Shown: positions 49,340 through 62,511 of the stretch, piece by piece
How positions within the stretch are numbered: position 1 is the first letter of the stretch
Layout: every line of letters begins with the position of its first letter
Assembly: GCF_025526975.1 (NCBI RefSeq)
Contig: NW_026515678.1
Span: 620,001 to 684,000 of the forward strand
Direction of reading: 5' to 3'
From: Fimicolochytrium jonesii
Taxonomy: Eukaryota
Length of the DNA stretch: 64,000 nt
Made by a program: the position numbers and the translations under genes
Notes under the pieces: model-generated
The model's database searches: none
The model's input: the letters and a program-made list of their open reading frames with translations, nothing else
What the model was told of the DNA's origin: nothing

Positions 49340-52300
49340 GTTGGCTCAATGGTTGCGTATATTGAGATAGCATCAAGATGCGGCACTTGGAAGGCTCTGC
49401 AAAACTTAGGACGCGTCTGGAAAGGCTCTGAAGATGTCTGGAACGTCTACCAGACATCCAGGCATCAGAGCTGCGCTTTCATGATGTTCTTAGAGCTCAT
49501 AGCGATCAGTTGTGACTGTATGGACCAGTGATCGAGTTGTAGCAGCTATATTGCGTTTGATTGAGCTTGTGGTAGCCTGTAGCACCCTGCGCGGGCTCCT
49601 CGGACTTGGCAGAAGCCCTGTGGCGTCAGCAGGTAGATCATGGGGTACACAGACTTGGTAAAACCTTACAAACCTTCCCAACAATAACTACGACACTCAG
49701 AGGCGCCCTGAGCGTTCCGAGAGGGTCTCAGAGGGTGCTTTGGACGCCCCAGCACATAGCTAGATCCCCAGGAAAGAAGCTCCAGAATCCTATAAAAGGC
49801 AGACGTGTTGCCCATCCCCTCCCTTCACCTTATCCCCCTTTAATACACATCATTCTCTCGCACTATTCCAGCTACAGTACTGTCCTCCACATCAGAACAC
49901 TGCCCTTGGAGCGTCCACGTCTCTCAGTCATTGGTGAATTAGTCTTGGTGACCTCTCAGATACTCCTCTATCGGCTAAGGTTTCAATAGATTATGAGCCC
50001 TGAGCTTTATCATCACTAAAACCGTCTTTGCCAATCCTCCGATTCTGCCCCCTTTCCCTTCAACGGGCTTGCTGTAGCCGTATCTCCTTCCTTCTCCTTC
50101 TTCCCAGCTCTCATTGCCACCCAAAGTCCCTTCGCCTTCAACATCATCATCATCCTAAACTTCCGTAGATGGTAGTTCTCCCCCGTGAACTTGTCCATCA
50201 TAAGTTTCGAAGTCTCCGAGTCTCCAGCCATCGTGTGTTCAAGCTAAATTTGTCTGTTTTGGGTGTGTGGACACATTTTGGATGATGGTGTATCTTTGGA
50301 CATGTTTTGGGTGTCAAGTAGTGCGTATCTCGTCGAGTTCAGCACTTTGGCGCGTTTTCGGTCGAAAATTGGTGATTTTGGAAGGATATATCGAGGATAG
50401 AGCGTAAGTAGCGACCGTGGGGGGTTGGGAACAAGGACGAGAGGGCTTTGGCATACATCTGCCTCAGTCTGAACGACACTCAGCTTATGCACGTGCATGC
50501 AGCTCAGACGGCTTGCGAAGCCTGGTCTAAGCTAGCTGAGGTGCACAAACGAAAGGGGCTTGCCAGCAGGCTCTTCCTATGTCGAAAGTTCCTTACTATC
50601 ACTATGGACAAGTCTGACTCGATCACAAATCACATCAACAAAGTTAGACAGCTTGCACAACAGCTGGAGGCTATCGGCGCACCAGTACCCGAAGACGATA
50701 TCATGATGACCTTCATTTACAGCTTACCAAACAGCTATGAACAAGTCATCACGAGCCTCAAAAGCAGGGCAGACGACTTAGACATGGAGTTCTTGACGGC
50801 CAGACTTCTGAATGAAGAAGCTAGGCGCAAGGAGAACTCGAAACCAGTCAGATCGACTGGAAACGCCTTCGTTGGGGACGGGGGACACCAGCAGGAGGCT
50901 GGGGGTTCAGCCAGGTTCGCCAGGAAGAAGGGAAAGTGCCATCACTGTGGTATTGAAGGGCACTGGAGGAACGAGTGCAAGAAGCTCAAACGAGAGCTAG
51001 CTCAAGCCAACAATGCGAATCAAGCCAAACCACACCAGGCCAGCCAGGGAACCGGGTTCCTCTTCATGGCAGCTATGAAACGCACGGAAATCAGCCCAGG
51101 GTGCTGGATTATCGCCTCAGGAGCCTCCTCACACATGACACACGTCAGGGAATGGCTCCAGGACTACAAGACGCTGGAAACTGAGATACAAGTCCAGCTA
51201 GCTGATAACCGCTCAGTCCTAGCCATTGGAACAGGCTCCATCTCGATTAGAACACAACGGGAGCACGCTGGCACCCTTCGAAACGTCTGGTTTGTTCCCA
51301 AACTGGAAAAGAACCTCATCTCAGTAGCCCAGCTGACTGAGAACGGAGCACAAGTCGAGTTTTCGAGTGCAGAATGCACAATCAAGACCAGGGACGGCGC
51401 TCTCGCCTTCAGAGCTCTCAAGGACAATGGCCTGTACACCATGACAGCCCAGGCTTCCCCTGAACACGCCTACTCAGCAGGAGCACTTCGTAGCACACCC
51501 TTCCATATCTGGCATCAGTGAGTCGGTCATCTGAATGCCCAAGATGTCCAGAAGCTCACCAACGGCTACCAACGTGATATCACAGTCACCGGACATCCTG
51601 ATGGTCACATCTGCAAAGTTTGCACGCTCTCAAAGCAGTCCAGAGCTCCCTTCCCGAAGAAAGCTACCCGAGCCACAGATGTCCTGGCACTCGTCCACAC
51701 TGACCTCTGTGGCCCCATGAGGACGTCTACCTTGGGGGGATGTACTTACTTCGCATCATGGATTGATGACAAGTCCAGAATTGTCTGGGTCAAGCTCCTA
51801 CGCAAGAAAAGCGATACCTTTGATGCATGGGAGGAATACAAGGCACCTATGGAGAAACAGACTGGGAGATGCATCAAAGTCCTCAGATCAGACAAAGGAG
51901 ACGAATCCCTCCAGTTCGCCCTCGCACTCAGAAAGGCTGGAATCCAACATCAGCGCGCTGCTACCGACACCCCACAGCAGAACGGAGTAGCGGAACGTAT
52001 GAATCGAACTCTAGTCGAAACGGCACGCTGCCTACTCACCCAGGCTGGTCATGGACACGAGTACTGGAGAGAAGCGCTGCTTGCAGCTGTCCACATTAGA
52101 AATCGCTGCCCTACGGTTGCCCTAGACAACTCCAAGACGCCATACGAAGCCTTCTTCGGTAGCAAACCCATCCTCCTTCATCTCAGAGTGTTTGGATGCA
52201 TGGCCTATACTATGGTACTCAAGAAAAACCAAGGAAAACTGGACAACAAAGCCAAGAAGTGCCTCTTTCTCGGCTATAGCTCTTCCAGCAAAGCCTGGAG

Positions 52301-53765
52301 GCTCCAGTCACTCGAACCCGATGATCAGGGCGCCATTATCGAATCAAGAGATGTCCAGTTCAATGAAAACAAGCTCTACAGCAGCCTGGACAACGAAGAT
52401 ACACATGAAGACACGTCAGATCGCTCCTATGACAGCTTAGCTAGCTTTGAATTCGATCCTGAGCCTGACAACATCGTTTCACACGCACCCAAGCCCACAG
52501 ACACCACCGAATTACGCCCGCACGCTGCAGGGGGGGATTCTGAGCTCCCTGACGCATCTCCCAACCCACAACCTGACACTGATCAATGGGCAGAGACCCC
52601 AGAGGACCTACACGACCAGGAAGACCAGGAAGATGAAGATTTGGTGCATTACGGACGCATCACACGCTCCCAGAGCACCCGAGTACGCCAAAGCAACCTT
52701 GCCTATGCCCTGGCTACCGAAATACTGCACACAGAGCCCAAAACCCTCAAGCAAGCTCTAAACTCCAACGACTCAGCCAAGTGGAAGGAAGCCATGGATG
52801 CTGAATACGCATCCGTTGTCAAGAACGGCACCTGGGAGCTGTGTCCAGCACCCAAAGATCGCAACCTTGTCAGCTGCAAGTGGATTTACAAGATCAAGAC
52901 AAATGCTGATGGCAGTATCGAACGCTACAAGGCCAGACTAGTCGCCCAAGGCTTCTCACAAGAAGAGGGAGTTGACTACAACGAAACATTCGCACCAGTG
53001 GCCAAGTTCGACACCATTCGGCTACTCCTGTCGTGGGGAGCAGCTCAGGACCTCGAAATGGACCAAATGGACGTGTCCACCGCATTCCTGAACCCGACAC
53101 TTAGTGAGGAGATCTATATGAAGCAGCCTCCGGGCTACATCAAGCCAGGAGAAGAGCATCTCGTGCTTAAACTCAAGAAGACTCTCTATGGTCTTAAACA
53201 AGCCGCCAGGGAATGGAACATCGAAATCCACGGCACTCTCGTTGAGAAAGGCTTCACTCGTCTTGATTCAGACCATTGCGTCTATATCAGGTTCTTTGAG
53301 GGCTGGCTACTCATCCTGATTCTCTATGTGGACGACCTCATACTTATGAGCAACGAGAGACTCGATCTTCACAGCTTCAAGGCCAAGGAACTTCAGAAGG
53401 CGTACAAAATGCGTGATCTAGGTGCCCTGCACTACTTCCTGGGTCTCCTAGTCACTCGAGACCGAGCCAAACGACTCCTGACGCTCAACCAGACTGGGTA
53501 CATCGAAAAATGCCTTGAAACATACGGGATGACCGATTGCAAGCCTGTATGAACTCCCAGCGTCGTGGGAAGCCCTCTCGCCAAGGAAATGGCACCTCAA
53601 ACGCCTGAAGAGACTGCAGCGATGCAGAACAAGCTCTATCGAGCCATTGTAGGCAGTCTGATCTACGCAATGATCGGCACAAGACCAGACATAACCCAAG
53701 GAGTTGGAGCTGCGAACCAGTTCTTAGCCATCTCAGTCATTGGCAAATTAGTCTTAGTGACCTTG
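49340..53765 (+). mobile_element. Ty1/copia element, defective: 5' LTR, internally inverted gag start, gag-pol truncated before RNase H
   Basis: LTR ends at 49988 (its 5' boundary is uncertain, ~49.13-49.53 kb). PBS GATTATGAGCCC at 49989-50000. CHHCGIEGHWRNEC knuckle, WIIASGASSHM (protease Asp lost), integrase PQQNGVAERMNRTL, RT RYKARLVAQG, QMDVSTAFLN, LYGLKQA, LYVDDL. Integrase precedes RT. Confidence 0.93.
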
Positions 53766-54600
53766 TTTGGTAAGCTGTATCTCAACGTAGTCATGATATA
53801 GTCTTCAAGTACTGGTTCACCGATAGCCTCAAGCTGTTGTGCAAGCTTTCTGACTTTGTTGATGTGGTCTGCGCTCGAGTCTGACTCACTGATGGTGATG
53901 TTCAGGATGCTGGCAAGTCCGGCGTCTGACCTGCATGCACGTGCAAGCTGAGTGTTGTTCAGATTGAGGCAAATGTATGCCAAAGCCCTTTTGTCCTTCC
54001 TTCCCATCAATTCCTCCTCTTTCGAAGTGCTTGCTGTAGCAACACTCCCCTCCTTCTCCTCTTTCCCACCCTCCATGCTACCCAAAGCACTTTTGCCTTG
54101 AGCATCATCATCATCCTGAACTCCCACAGGTAGTAGTTCTCTGCAGTGAACTTATCCACCATAAGTCTCGAAGTCTCTGAGTCCCCAGCCATCGCCTTGA
54201 GCTAGATTCGTCTGTTTCAAGTTGAAAATTCGTAAGTTTTGGAAGGATATATCGAGGATATCGCGTAAGTAGCGACCTTAAGAGTTTGGAGCATCTTGAA
54301 TAAAATTGACAAAGATGGTTTTAGTGATGATAAAGCTCAGGGCCCATAACCTATTAGAACCTTAGCTGATACAGGAGTATCTGAGAGGTCACTCAGACTG
54401 ATTTGCTGATGACTGAGAGGCATGAGTGCCCAAGGCATCTCTGAGTGCCGCAGTTAACGTTGGTAAGGTTCGTAAGGTTTTGCCAAGTCTGTGTATCCCA
54501 AGGTTTACCTGCTGATGTCCCATGAGCCTCTGCCAACTCCACGGAGTGCCCAGAGAGCGTTCTAGACCATCACAACCCCAATCTAGCCGCTACAATACGA
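53766..54600 (-). mobile_element. Second, inverted fragment of the same copia family (partial LTR, PBS, gag 5' part)
   Basis: PBS GGTTATGGGCCC on the minus strand at 54340-54351. MAGDSETSRLMVDKF...ALAYICL...HINKVRKLAQQLEAIG matches the first copy. Confidence 0.88.
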
Positions 54601-54639
54601 TCGCAGGTCGTTTCATCATCAGGAGGTTGTCCAATCCCG

Positions 54640-56129
54640 CCAGCATTAGGGTAGCCTCATGAGTCGGTCTAGACGTAAATCGGCTTGGTTTCATCAATTG
54701 TCATTAGCGTAGGTGCATCAATCAACGCGTCCTTCAACTTTTAAAATGCCTCTTCTTGCTCGGGACCCCATCTGAATTTGACTTCCGAAGATTGAATACT
54801 TGATAGGGGCAAAGCGATGTCCGAATAACCTTGAACAAAGTCGGGAAAGTAGTTCATAAGACTGAGGAAGCTCTGAACTCCTTTTGTTGATCTTGGAGTA
54901 GCCCAGTCCTTGATACCTTGATCTCTGAGGGCGCGATGCGAACACCATGTCTTCCGACAATATGTCCACACCATTCGATTTCTTCTTTGGCCCACACACA
55001 CTTTGAAGGTTCAATGAAAAGGGCGTGTTCTTTGAGCTTCTTCAGAATGCGATCGACATGTTCCGGTGTTCGGCAAGGGTCTTTGAGAAAATAAGGATGT
55101 TGTCCAAATAGGTAGCAAGGAATTTGTCGTAATCTTTGTGAAAGATTTTATTCATGAGGCGTTGAAATGCAGCAGGTGCGTTGGTGAGCCCAAACAGCAT
55201 AACCAAATACTTGACATGTCCGAAGCAGGTTTGTACTGCTGGTTTTTCCCGATCTTGTTTACGTATAAGGAGGCGATGGTATGCTTCTCGAATGTCAATA
55301 AGCGTAAACCATTTACAACCTTGAATTCGATCCCTTATCTTGTGCATGTTGGGTAAAGGAGTACGATCTTTCTTGGTAATGGAGCTGAGACCTCGGTACT
55401 CCCAACAGATGTGTAGTCCGCCACCTTCCTTCTTGGCGAAGACAACACTAGCTCACCAGAGGCTTGAGGAGTGTTGTATCCATCCTTTTTTGAGCATAAT
55501 GGTGATTTGTTTCTTGAGCTCAGCGAGTTCTTCCTTGTTCATATGACAAAGAGGTTGCCAAACGGGTTCAGCACCTTCAGTGAGTTCGATCTTGAATTTG
55601 TGTTCTCTACAATCAGGAGGTAGACCTTTCGGTTCCTTGAAGAGCGTATCAAGGTATTTATCCAGGATATCCTTGAGATGTCCAGGATTTCCTTTAAGCT
55701 CTTGAGGAGCATCCGGTATTTCATTAACTGCAAGGTGACAGACCGCGTCTTTCTCGAACTTGTTCCATCACCAAGCTTTATTGAATCGCTTAGAGGTTAT
55801 CTCTATGACTTGAGGATTGCAAAGAGCATTGGCTTGAGCAAACCGGGATGATGAACAAGGTTTATTGACTTTTTCTTTTAAGATTTCCTTAGGCGGAGTA
55901 TTCACGGGTCTCAGAATCCGAACGGGTCAAAATTGGCCTTGCTCCGCAGACTGGATCTTTCTGTATATTGAGGTATGGGTTGTTGTGTTTCGGATTGTAT
56001 TCGACATCTTGCAATTCCTCAAAGTGAAGGATTTTGGTGCATTTGGTATAGGGCTGTAAGTGGTCCAATGAAGGATAGGTAGGGTGATCATCAAGAATTG
56101 TTCAGCGTAGTTGAAGAAACGGCAGAAAG
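54640..56129 (-). pseudogene. pol: Degenerate gypsy RT/RNase H fragment of the element C family
   Basis: FTLIDIREAYHRL, LFGLTNAPAAFQ, YLDNILIFS. Near-collinear with 60520-61929. Confidence 0.88.
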
Positions 56130-57953
56130 TGTAATTTGGAGTGTCCGGTCTTATTGGAGACGATGCGACATGTCTGCGAGACATGTCTCGCCAGGTGTGC
56201 GAGACATGTCCCAGACAGTGTTCTCCAGTGGATTCGAGGTTTTAATTCCTTTAATGCCTCACTGGAGCGTGTTCTCCAGTGGACTCTGACCTCATGGGTA
56301 CTTTAACAGTGCTCGTCGCTCGTTCTTATGCACAACAAGTAGTTCTTCTACTACAGATCGCATAGCAGAGCCGACGAACACCCAGTCCGTCTACAATACC
56401 TTACAGCAAAGTAGTTATTGTATACAAACATCAGTTAAACAACCCGTGTGGAAGGTAGTCCACATCACATGGTAGCACCACTCGTTCGAACAAAACGAGC
56501 TTCCTAGTAGATAAACACGTTGGCAACTTCAGCAACTCGAAATTGCGGACGTAGCAATCGTCATAGAACGTCGATACAACACTTCTAGACGATTCAACTA
56601 GCCTTCAGGACGTCCAGGACAACGTCCACCGCAACTCCTGAAGCCCCTAGTGCGCTATAGTCGAAAAGCGCCCACCTATAGGTTAATTACCTAGTAGGAC
56701 GACCGATACGTCGCAACCACCTTGCTTTTCGCACCTGGATGGTTAAACAAACCTCCGTAACTCACAGTTTGCCATCCATACCTTACTCTTTCGGTATATC
56801 AACATCTTGAGAATATACGTTCGACGGTCAACACGTAGTCGACATAAACGCGTGTTTACTAGGGGCCAATCAGTAACCCGTTCACGGATCGGAAATCTAC
56901 CCCAGTAATTCGATCCACTTCCAACTCGGCAAGCTCGTAGAGCACACTGAGCTTGAAGACTTGTGAAAGTTTCAGAGAGCTTCGACCTACGGATACAGAG
57001 ATATCGAAAAACGCGCTAAATCGTCGCCACAATAACCTCCGTGTAGCAAAACTATCACAGTTTTGACCGAAACGACCCCCGATAAGGTTCTTCCCGATCT
57101 AGAGAGATAACCTTGAATTTACCTGAACGTTTTGTGATTTTTGAATCACTGCAAAACGAGTTATCCGTCATCGCCGTCGTCGTTAATTTGATACTTAAGC
57201 GAAAACGGGCGAATAGAAAAAGTCTTTCAGTTTTGGGACAGAGCTAAGTCGTTAGGGTTCTTCTTGATCCTCTCAAAGGCCTATTTAAACTGATAGTTTC
57301 AGATCCTGTCTAGGATCAATGTAGCCAAAACCCGCCGACATCGGACACGGTGGATTTTGGGGATTTTTCGCTCAAAAAGAGGCAAAATCTATGCCCGAAT
57401 TTTGGTTATTGCATACGGCATATACCTGATTCGAAACCTAGTTGTTTGTGTGTATTTGCTCGAGGTACTGAGCTATACAACATCAACGGAGTACTTCTGT
57501 CCGCATTCTGGACGTAGTCGTCGTTGTTTGAGGTTATTCGACTTGAAAACGAGATGACACTGGCCAGAAGGTCGTCATGAGTACATCAACGGGTAGTACA
57601 GTTACTAGGAGTGAGGAAACTACTCCTGGGGGTACAGCTGTTATTACTGAGATCGTTGAGGAGCCGGAGACTTCAGTTGACGAACCTCGTTTTGAAGTTT
57701 GCCTTCCTCCTCGAAGGACGGGCCCTGTCCAATGGAGGGTATCCAGGTTGGTGGACCTCCTCCACCTCCTGCTGGTACCCCGCCCGCTATGGCTATGTTG
57801 ACGCTCTCCATCGAGGAGTTCAATGCCCGAATTAATGCTGCTCGAGCAGAAGTTTGCGATCAACATGCCGAGGAACATCAGGATCGACAGGATCGTTTTC
57901 GAGCTACGTTGGAGCGTGACTCCGCAATGCGCCGTGATGTGCTGCAGGATGGG
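56130..57953 (+). mobile_element. Second copy of element A (LTR 56130-56469, PBS at 56470, leader, gag start), cut by element C
   Basis: High similarity to 36994-38457 joined to 44599-44888. Shows the empty site ...GTTGACGAACC where B inserted in copy 1. Confidence 0.9.
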
Positions 57954-60900
57954 TGTAACGTCAGAGGAAATGTAGACGATATTGGGCCCTTCTGAGAGGG
58001 CTGAGAGCAGTGTATTGTAGTGAAGAAAAAGTAAGAAGCTTTTCGCAGCGGCCGCTCGACTGACAGCTTTATATATGGGCTGCCAGTGGGGCTTGCGTGC
58101 CTTCAGTGAGGCTTGGCGCCTTATGTAATGTATCACCGAGAGCTCGGGTGGCCAGCCCGGGTCTCGGATCAAGTTGAAGTAAAGAGATATAATATGAAAT
58201 ACAAGTGAAGATGAGATATCCCCGACACCTCCCTCAGATCCTGAGGAGGGCGCCAAATAAATAAGAGCTGAACTACAAGGGATATGTGAAGAAAGGGAGG
58301 GCTCATGTTCATTTTAAAGTGTTGACGCACTTGTTCATTTTATAGTGTTGACGCACTGTGTGATGTGTGATGTGTGTATTTGAGGCAAAGGCGTCCCTAA
58401 GCCGACGTCGTGTGTGATGTGTGTGTGTAAGGTCGGTTCTTGCGTCGCCGCGCGTGATGTGATGTAGTTTACGTCGCTATTGTCAGCGGTGTGATTGATA
58501 GTGAGCGGTTCTTGAGGCGTCATGCGTGTGATGTGATATCAGATGCTCTATGCTGTTCATCTCCGTATCCACAAAGATTGTGGATGAGCTTTTCGCCATC
58601 GTTTGTAGGCAGGCGTGTAGCGAAGTGCGGATTTGGGTTCCCAAGTAGGGTCAGGATAACCGAGCCATTTGACTAGTAGATTTCGCCAGGCGCGTCGCTT
58701 GTCGATAATATCTTCTACAACTCATTCACGTTGTCCGCGTTCTCGATTGGTGGAGGAGGTTGTGGGACTGCACGTTGCGGATATTGCTCTTCGCGATGTG
58801 GTCGTAAAATATCGACATGAAAGACGGGCCAGATGCCACTGATCTTCGATGGTAATAAATCGAGTTCGTAGGTATCAGGGTGTGCTCCCAGTGCGATGAT
58901 TTTGAATGGTCCGATCCACATAGTTGAGTATCGAAGTCCTCTTCGTGTGTCTACTTCTAGGTTGATTCCTTGTCGGTTCAGATCGACGAGGTCGCCAATT
59001 TTGTATGCGAATGGCGTTCGACCTTTGTTGTGTTGACGTGCGAATTGATCTTGCGATCTCTGAAGGTTTTTGCGTACGATACGGGCGATGTCTTCCTGCC
59101 CTTTCTTGAAGAGTTCGAGTTCGTTTTGATCTACAGCTCGAAGCTTCAGTTCTTGTCCCTCAAGCGTCGGGATCCAACCCGGTACGATTGGAGAGCGTCC
59201 TGGATCTACTTCAAATGGCGATAAACCCTCATATTCCTCTCTCGGAGCAGTATTGGATGCAAATTTGACTGGGGGTAATAGCTTAACCCAATGGGTTTTG
59301 TCGTAATTGAGGTATTGCCTCCAAATCCTTTTCAGGGTTTGGATGGCTCGCTCAACTTTGCCGTCAGTTTGCTGATGACGAGCCGTAGCGAATTCGTGTT
59401 TTACACCGAGGAGAATATCGAATGCGAGGAAGAAGTCGGAAAGTGCGCAAGGTTCGCGATCCGTAATGAAGACTTTTGGCGTACCGACATGTTTTCAAAC
59501 ATGATCTAGGAACACTTGGGCTAGTTCTTGTCCAGTGATTGTCTTCTTGATCGGTGTCATAATCACACGTCCGGAAAGGTAATCAATGCAGACGAGAGAA
59601 GAGTTTGTTTCATCTACGGTGAAAATGTCGAATCCAATCATATGCCATCTTCCAAAAGGTATAGGAAGAGGTCAAAGAAATCCGTATCGACGATGACCAG
59701 GTTTGAATTGTCGACAGGATTTGCAAGTTCCAACGTATTTGATGACGTCGGAGCGTACGGTAGGCCAGTAATAGTCTGTAAGAATTCTCGCGAGAGTCTT
59801 CTTAACACCGGGATGTCCTCCGGTGGCGAGTTTGTCATGGAATTTCCGTAAAATCTTCGGGCAAATGTCTTCAGGAACGTATAGACGTCCTTTGTGTTGT
59901 ACTAATCCATTTTCGTACGTATAACGGAGTTGTTTTGAAGTTTTCTTGTGTTGGGGCTTTCGAGAAATTTCATCGAGATAATCCGAATATGGATCTTCGC
60001 GTAGCCCTTTTTTCCATTCTTCTTCTGAGCAAGTAGGTGAGTTTTGTGGATCGTCTGTTGTAGCGTTGGAGGAAGGTTCGTTGACAAGCATATTGCTGAT
60101 CTGCATGTCGAGGCGTCATTGACAATCTACACACCAAGGCGCATAGATTGGATTGCGGGAGAGCGTGTCGGCGATATGATTCCATCGTCCAGGTAAATAC
60201 TGGATGTCGAAATCATACTCTTGTAGCTTCTCCACCCAATTGGCTTGTCTTCTGCTCAAATGGGGTTGCGTTTGGATGAATTCGAGTCCCTTGTGATAGC
60301 TAAAACGTCGGAAGTAACGACCGATGAGATATGGTCGATTGGCGACCAACATCTTGACAAGAGCTAAAAGCTCCTGTTTGTGCGTAGGATATCGAGTTTC
60401 TGCGTCCTTCATCTTTCTAGAAAAGAAGACCACAGGCCGGAGCCGAGGTAACTTCTTCCATTGCGGGACGAGAGTAGGCAGATTTGTAGGGATCGTTTCA
60501 TCGCCAGAAGGTTGTCCAATCCAGCCAGCGATAGCGTAGCCTGATGAGTCGGTATAGACGTAAATCGGCTTGGTTTCATCGATTGTTGCTAGCGTAGGTG
60601 CATTGATCAACGCTTCTTTCAACTTTTGAAATGCCTCTTGTTGCTCAGGACCCCATCGAAATTTGACTTTCGAAGATTGAATACTTGATAGGGGCAGAGC
60701 AATGTCCGAATAACCTTGTACAAAGTCGAGGAAGTAGTTCGTGAACCGGAGAAAGCTCTAAACTCCTTTTGTTGACTTTGGAGTAGCCCATTCCTTGATA
60801 GCTTGGATTTTCAAGGGCGCGATGCGAACACCATGTCTTCCGACAATATGTCCACACCGTTCGAGTTCTTCTTTAGCCCATACGCACTTTGAAGGTTTGA

Positions 60901-61929
60901 TGAAAAGGGCGTATTCTTCAAGTTTCTTCAGGATACGATCGACGTGTTCTCGATGTTCGGCTAAGGTCTTCGAGAAAATGAAAATGTCGTCCAGGTAGGT
61001 AGCGAGGAATTCGTCGTAATCTTTATGGAAGATCTTATTCATAGGACATTGAAATGCAGCAGGAGCGTTGGTAAGCCTGAACGGCATGACCGAATACTTC
61101 AAATGTCCGAAGCGAGTTCGTATTGCTGTTTTTTCTCGATCTTGTTTTCGTATAAGAAGACGATGGTATGCTTCTCAAATATCGATAAGCGTAAACCATT
61201 TACAACCTTGAATCCGATCCCTCATCTCACAAATATTGGGTGAAGGAGTGCGATCTTTCTTGGTGACGGCGTTGAGACCTCAGTAGTCCCAACAGATGCA
61301 TAATCCGCCATCTTTCTTTTTCGCAAAGACGACACTAGCTCCACAGGGACTTGAGGAGTGTTGTATCCATCCTTTTTCGAGCATCAAGGTGACTTGTTTC
61401 TTGAGTTCAGCGAGTTCTTCTTTGTTCATGTGAGTTCGATCTTGAAATTATCTTCTCCGCGATCAGGGGGTAGACCTTCAGGTTCCTTGAAGAGCGTATT
61501 GACGTATTTATTTTTGACATCCTTGAGATGTCCTGGATTTCCTTTAAGCTCTTGAGGAGCGTCCGGTATTTTTTTAAGAGCGAGACGACAGACCGTGTCT
61601 TTTTCAAACTTGTTCCGTCGCCAAGCCTTATTGAATCGCTTAGAAGTCATTTCTATGACTTGAGGATTGCGAAGGGCATTGGCTTGAGCGAATCGAGATA
61701 CATAATGAGGTGCGGCTTGTAGAGGACAAGTATCCACAGGTGTAATGATCCGAACAGGTCGAACGGGTCTTTTGTCATAGACCGGATCTCGTTGTACATC
61801 GAAGTAAGGGTTGTTGTGTTTCGGGATGTCTTCGACGTCTTCCCAGTTTGTTGAAGTTCTTTCGCACTTGATGGTGACAGACTGCAGTGCGTTTGGTATA
61901 GGGCCGTAATTGGTCCAGCAAAGGATAGG
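57954..61929 (-). mobile_element. Ty3/gypsy chromovirus element C: 3' LTR 57954-58227 and degenerate pol, interrupted by element D
   Basis: On the minus strand the LTR reads TGTCGGG...CGTTACA, is preceded by PPT GAGGGAGG and contains TATATAAA. Chromodomain LLVKWLGYPDPTWEP, WIGPF, HHCC, TDSSG, YLDDIFIFS. Many stops. Confidence 0.9.
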
Positions 61930-62511
61930 TGTTATGGGCGACGCGTCCATACCATGCGCTTACCTCATGACAGCATCCCAACAGTCAGTCAATGTCAATT
62001 CCCTGTCAAAACCTGACATCTGCCAAACCTCGCAGCCGCACGCAGCCGCGCTACCCCACACCTGCCACTGCCTTCATTTCTCCACGCAGCCGCACGTAGC
62101 CACACCTCCCAACACTCGGCGCTTACAAACCCTTCTTCATACTTCCCCACGTACCCGCCCACAGCCTCAGCGTAGCCACCCCATCCCCAGTCTTCTGTTT
62201 CTATGCTTCCCCCACCCTTGGCGCTTCTCTTGGCTTCCCTCTCATTCCGTACCCTTCTGCTTCCCCACGCGTCCCCAGCCTTCCCAGAAAAGCATAAATA
62301 GCCGCCTCCCCTGAGCTCCCCACTTCCTGATCCCCCAGCAGATCAACACCAGTTCTTCCTAGTCTTGTTCTAGTTCTTGTTTCGGTCTGAATACCATTAC
62401 CTGTCAACAACCTGCACCACAAGTCGCCTCTATTTCCGTCGGCTCCGCCCATTCATAACAGTTTGATCTGCTCAACAACCCCCAGCCGCTGTACCTCCAC
62501 GCCAAATCACC

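Noticed and set aside
58307..58540. ~26-bp duplication and GTGTGATGTG repeats
   Set aside because: Simple repeats in the 3' UTR of element C; no constant repeat with unique spacers, so not CRISPR-like
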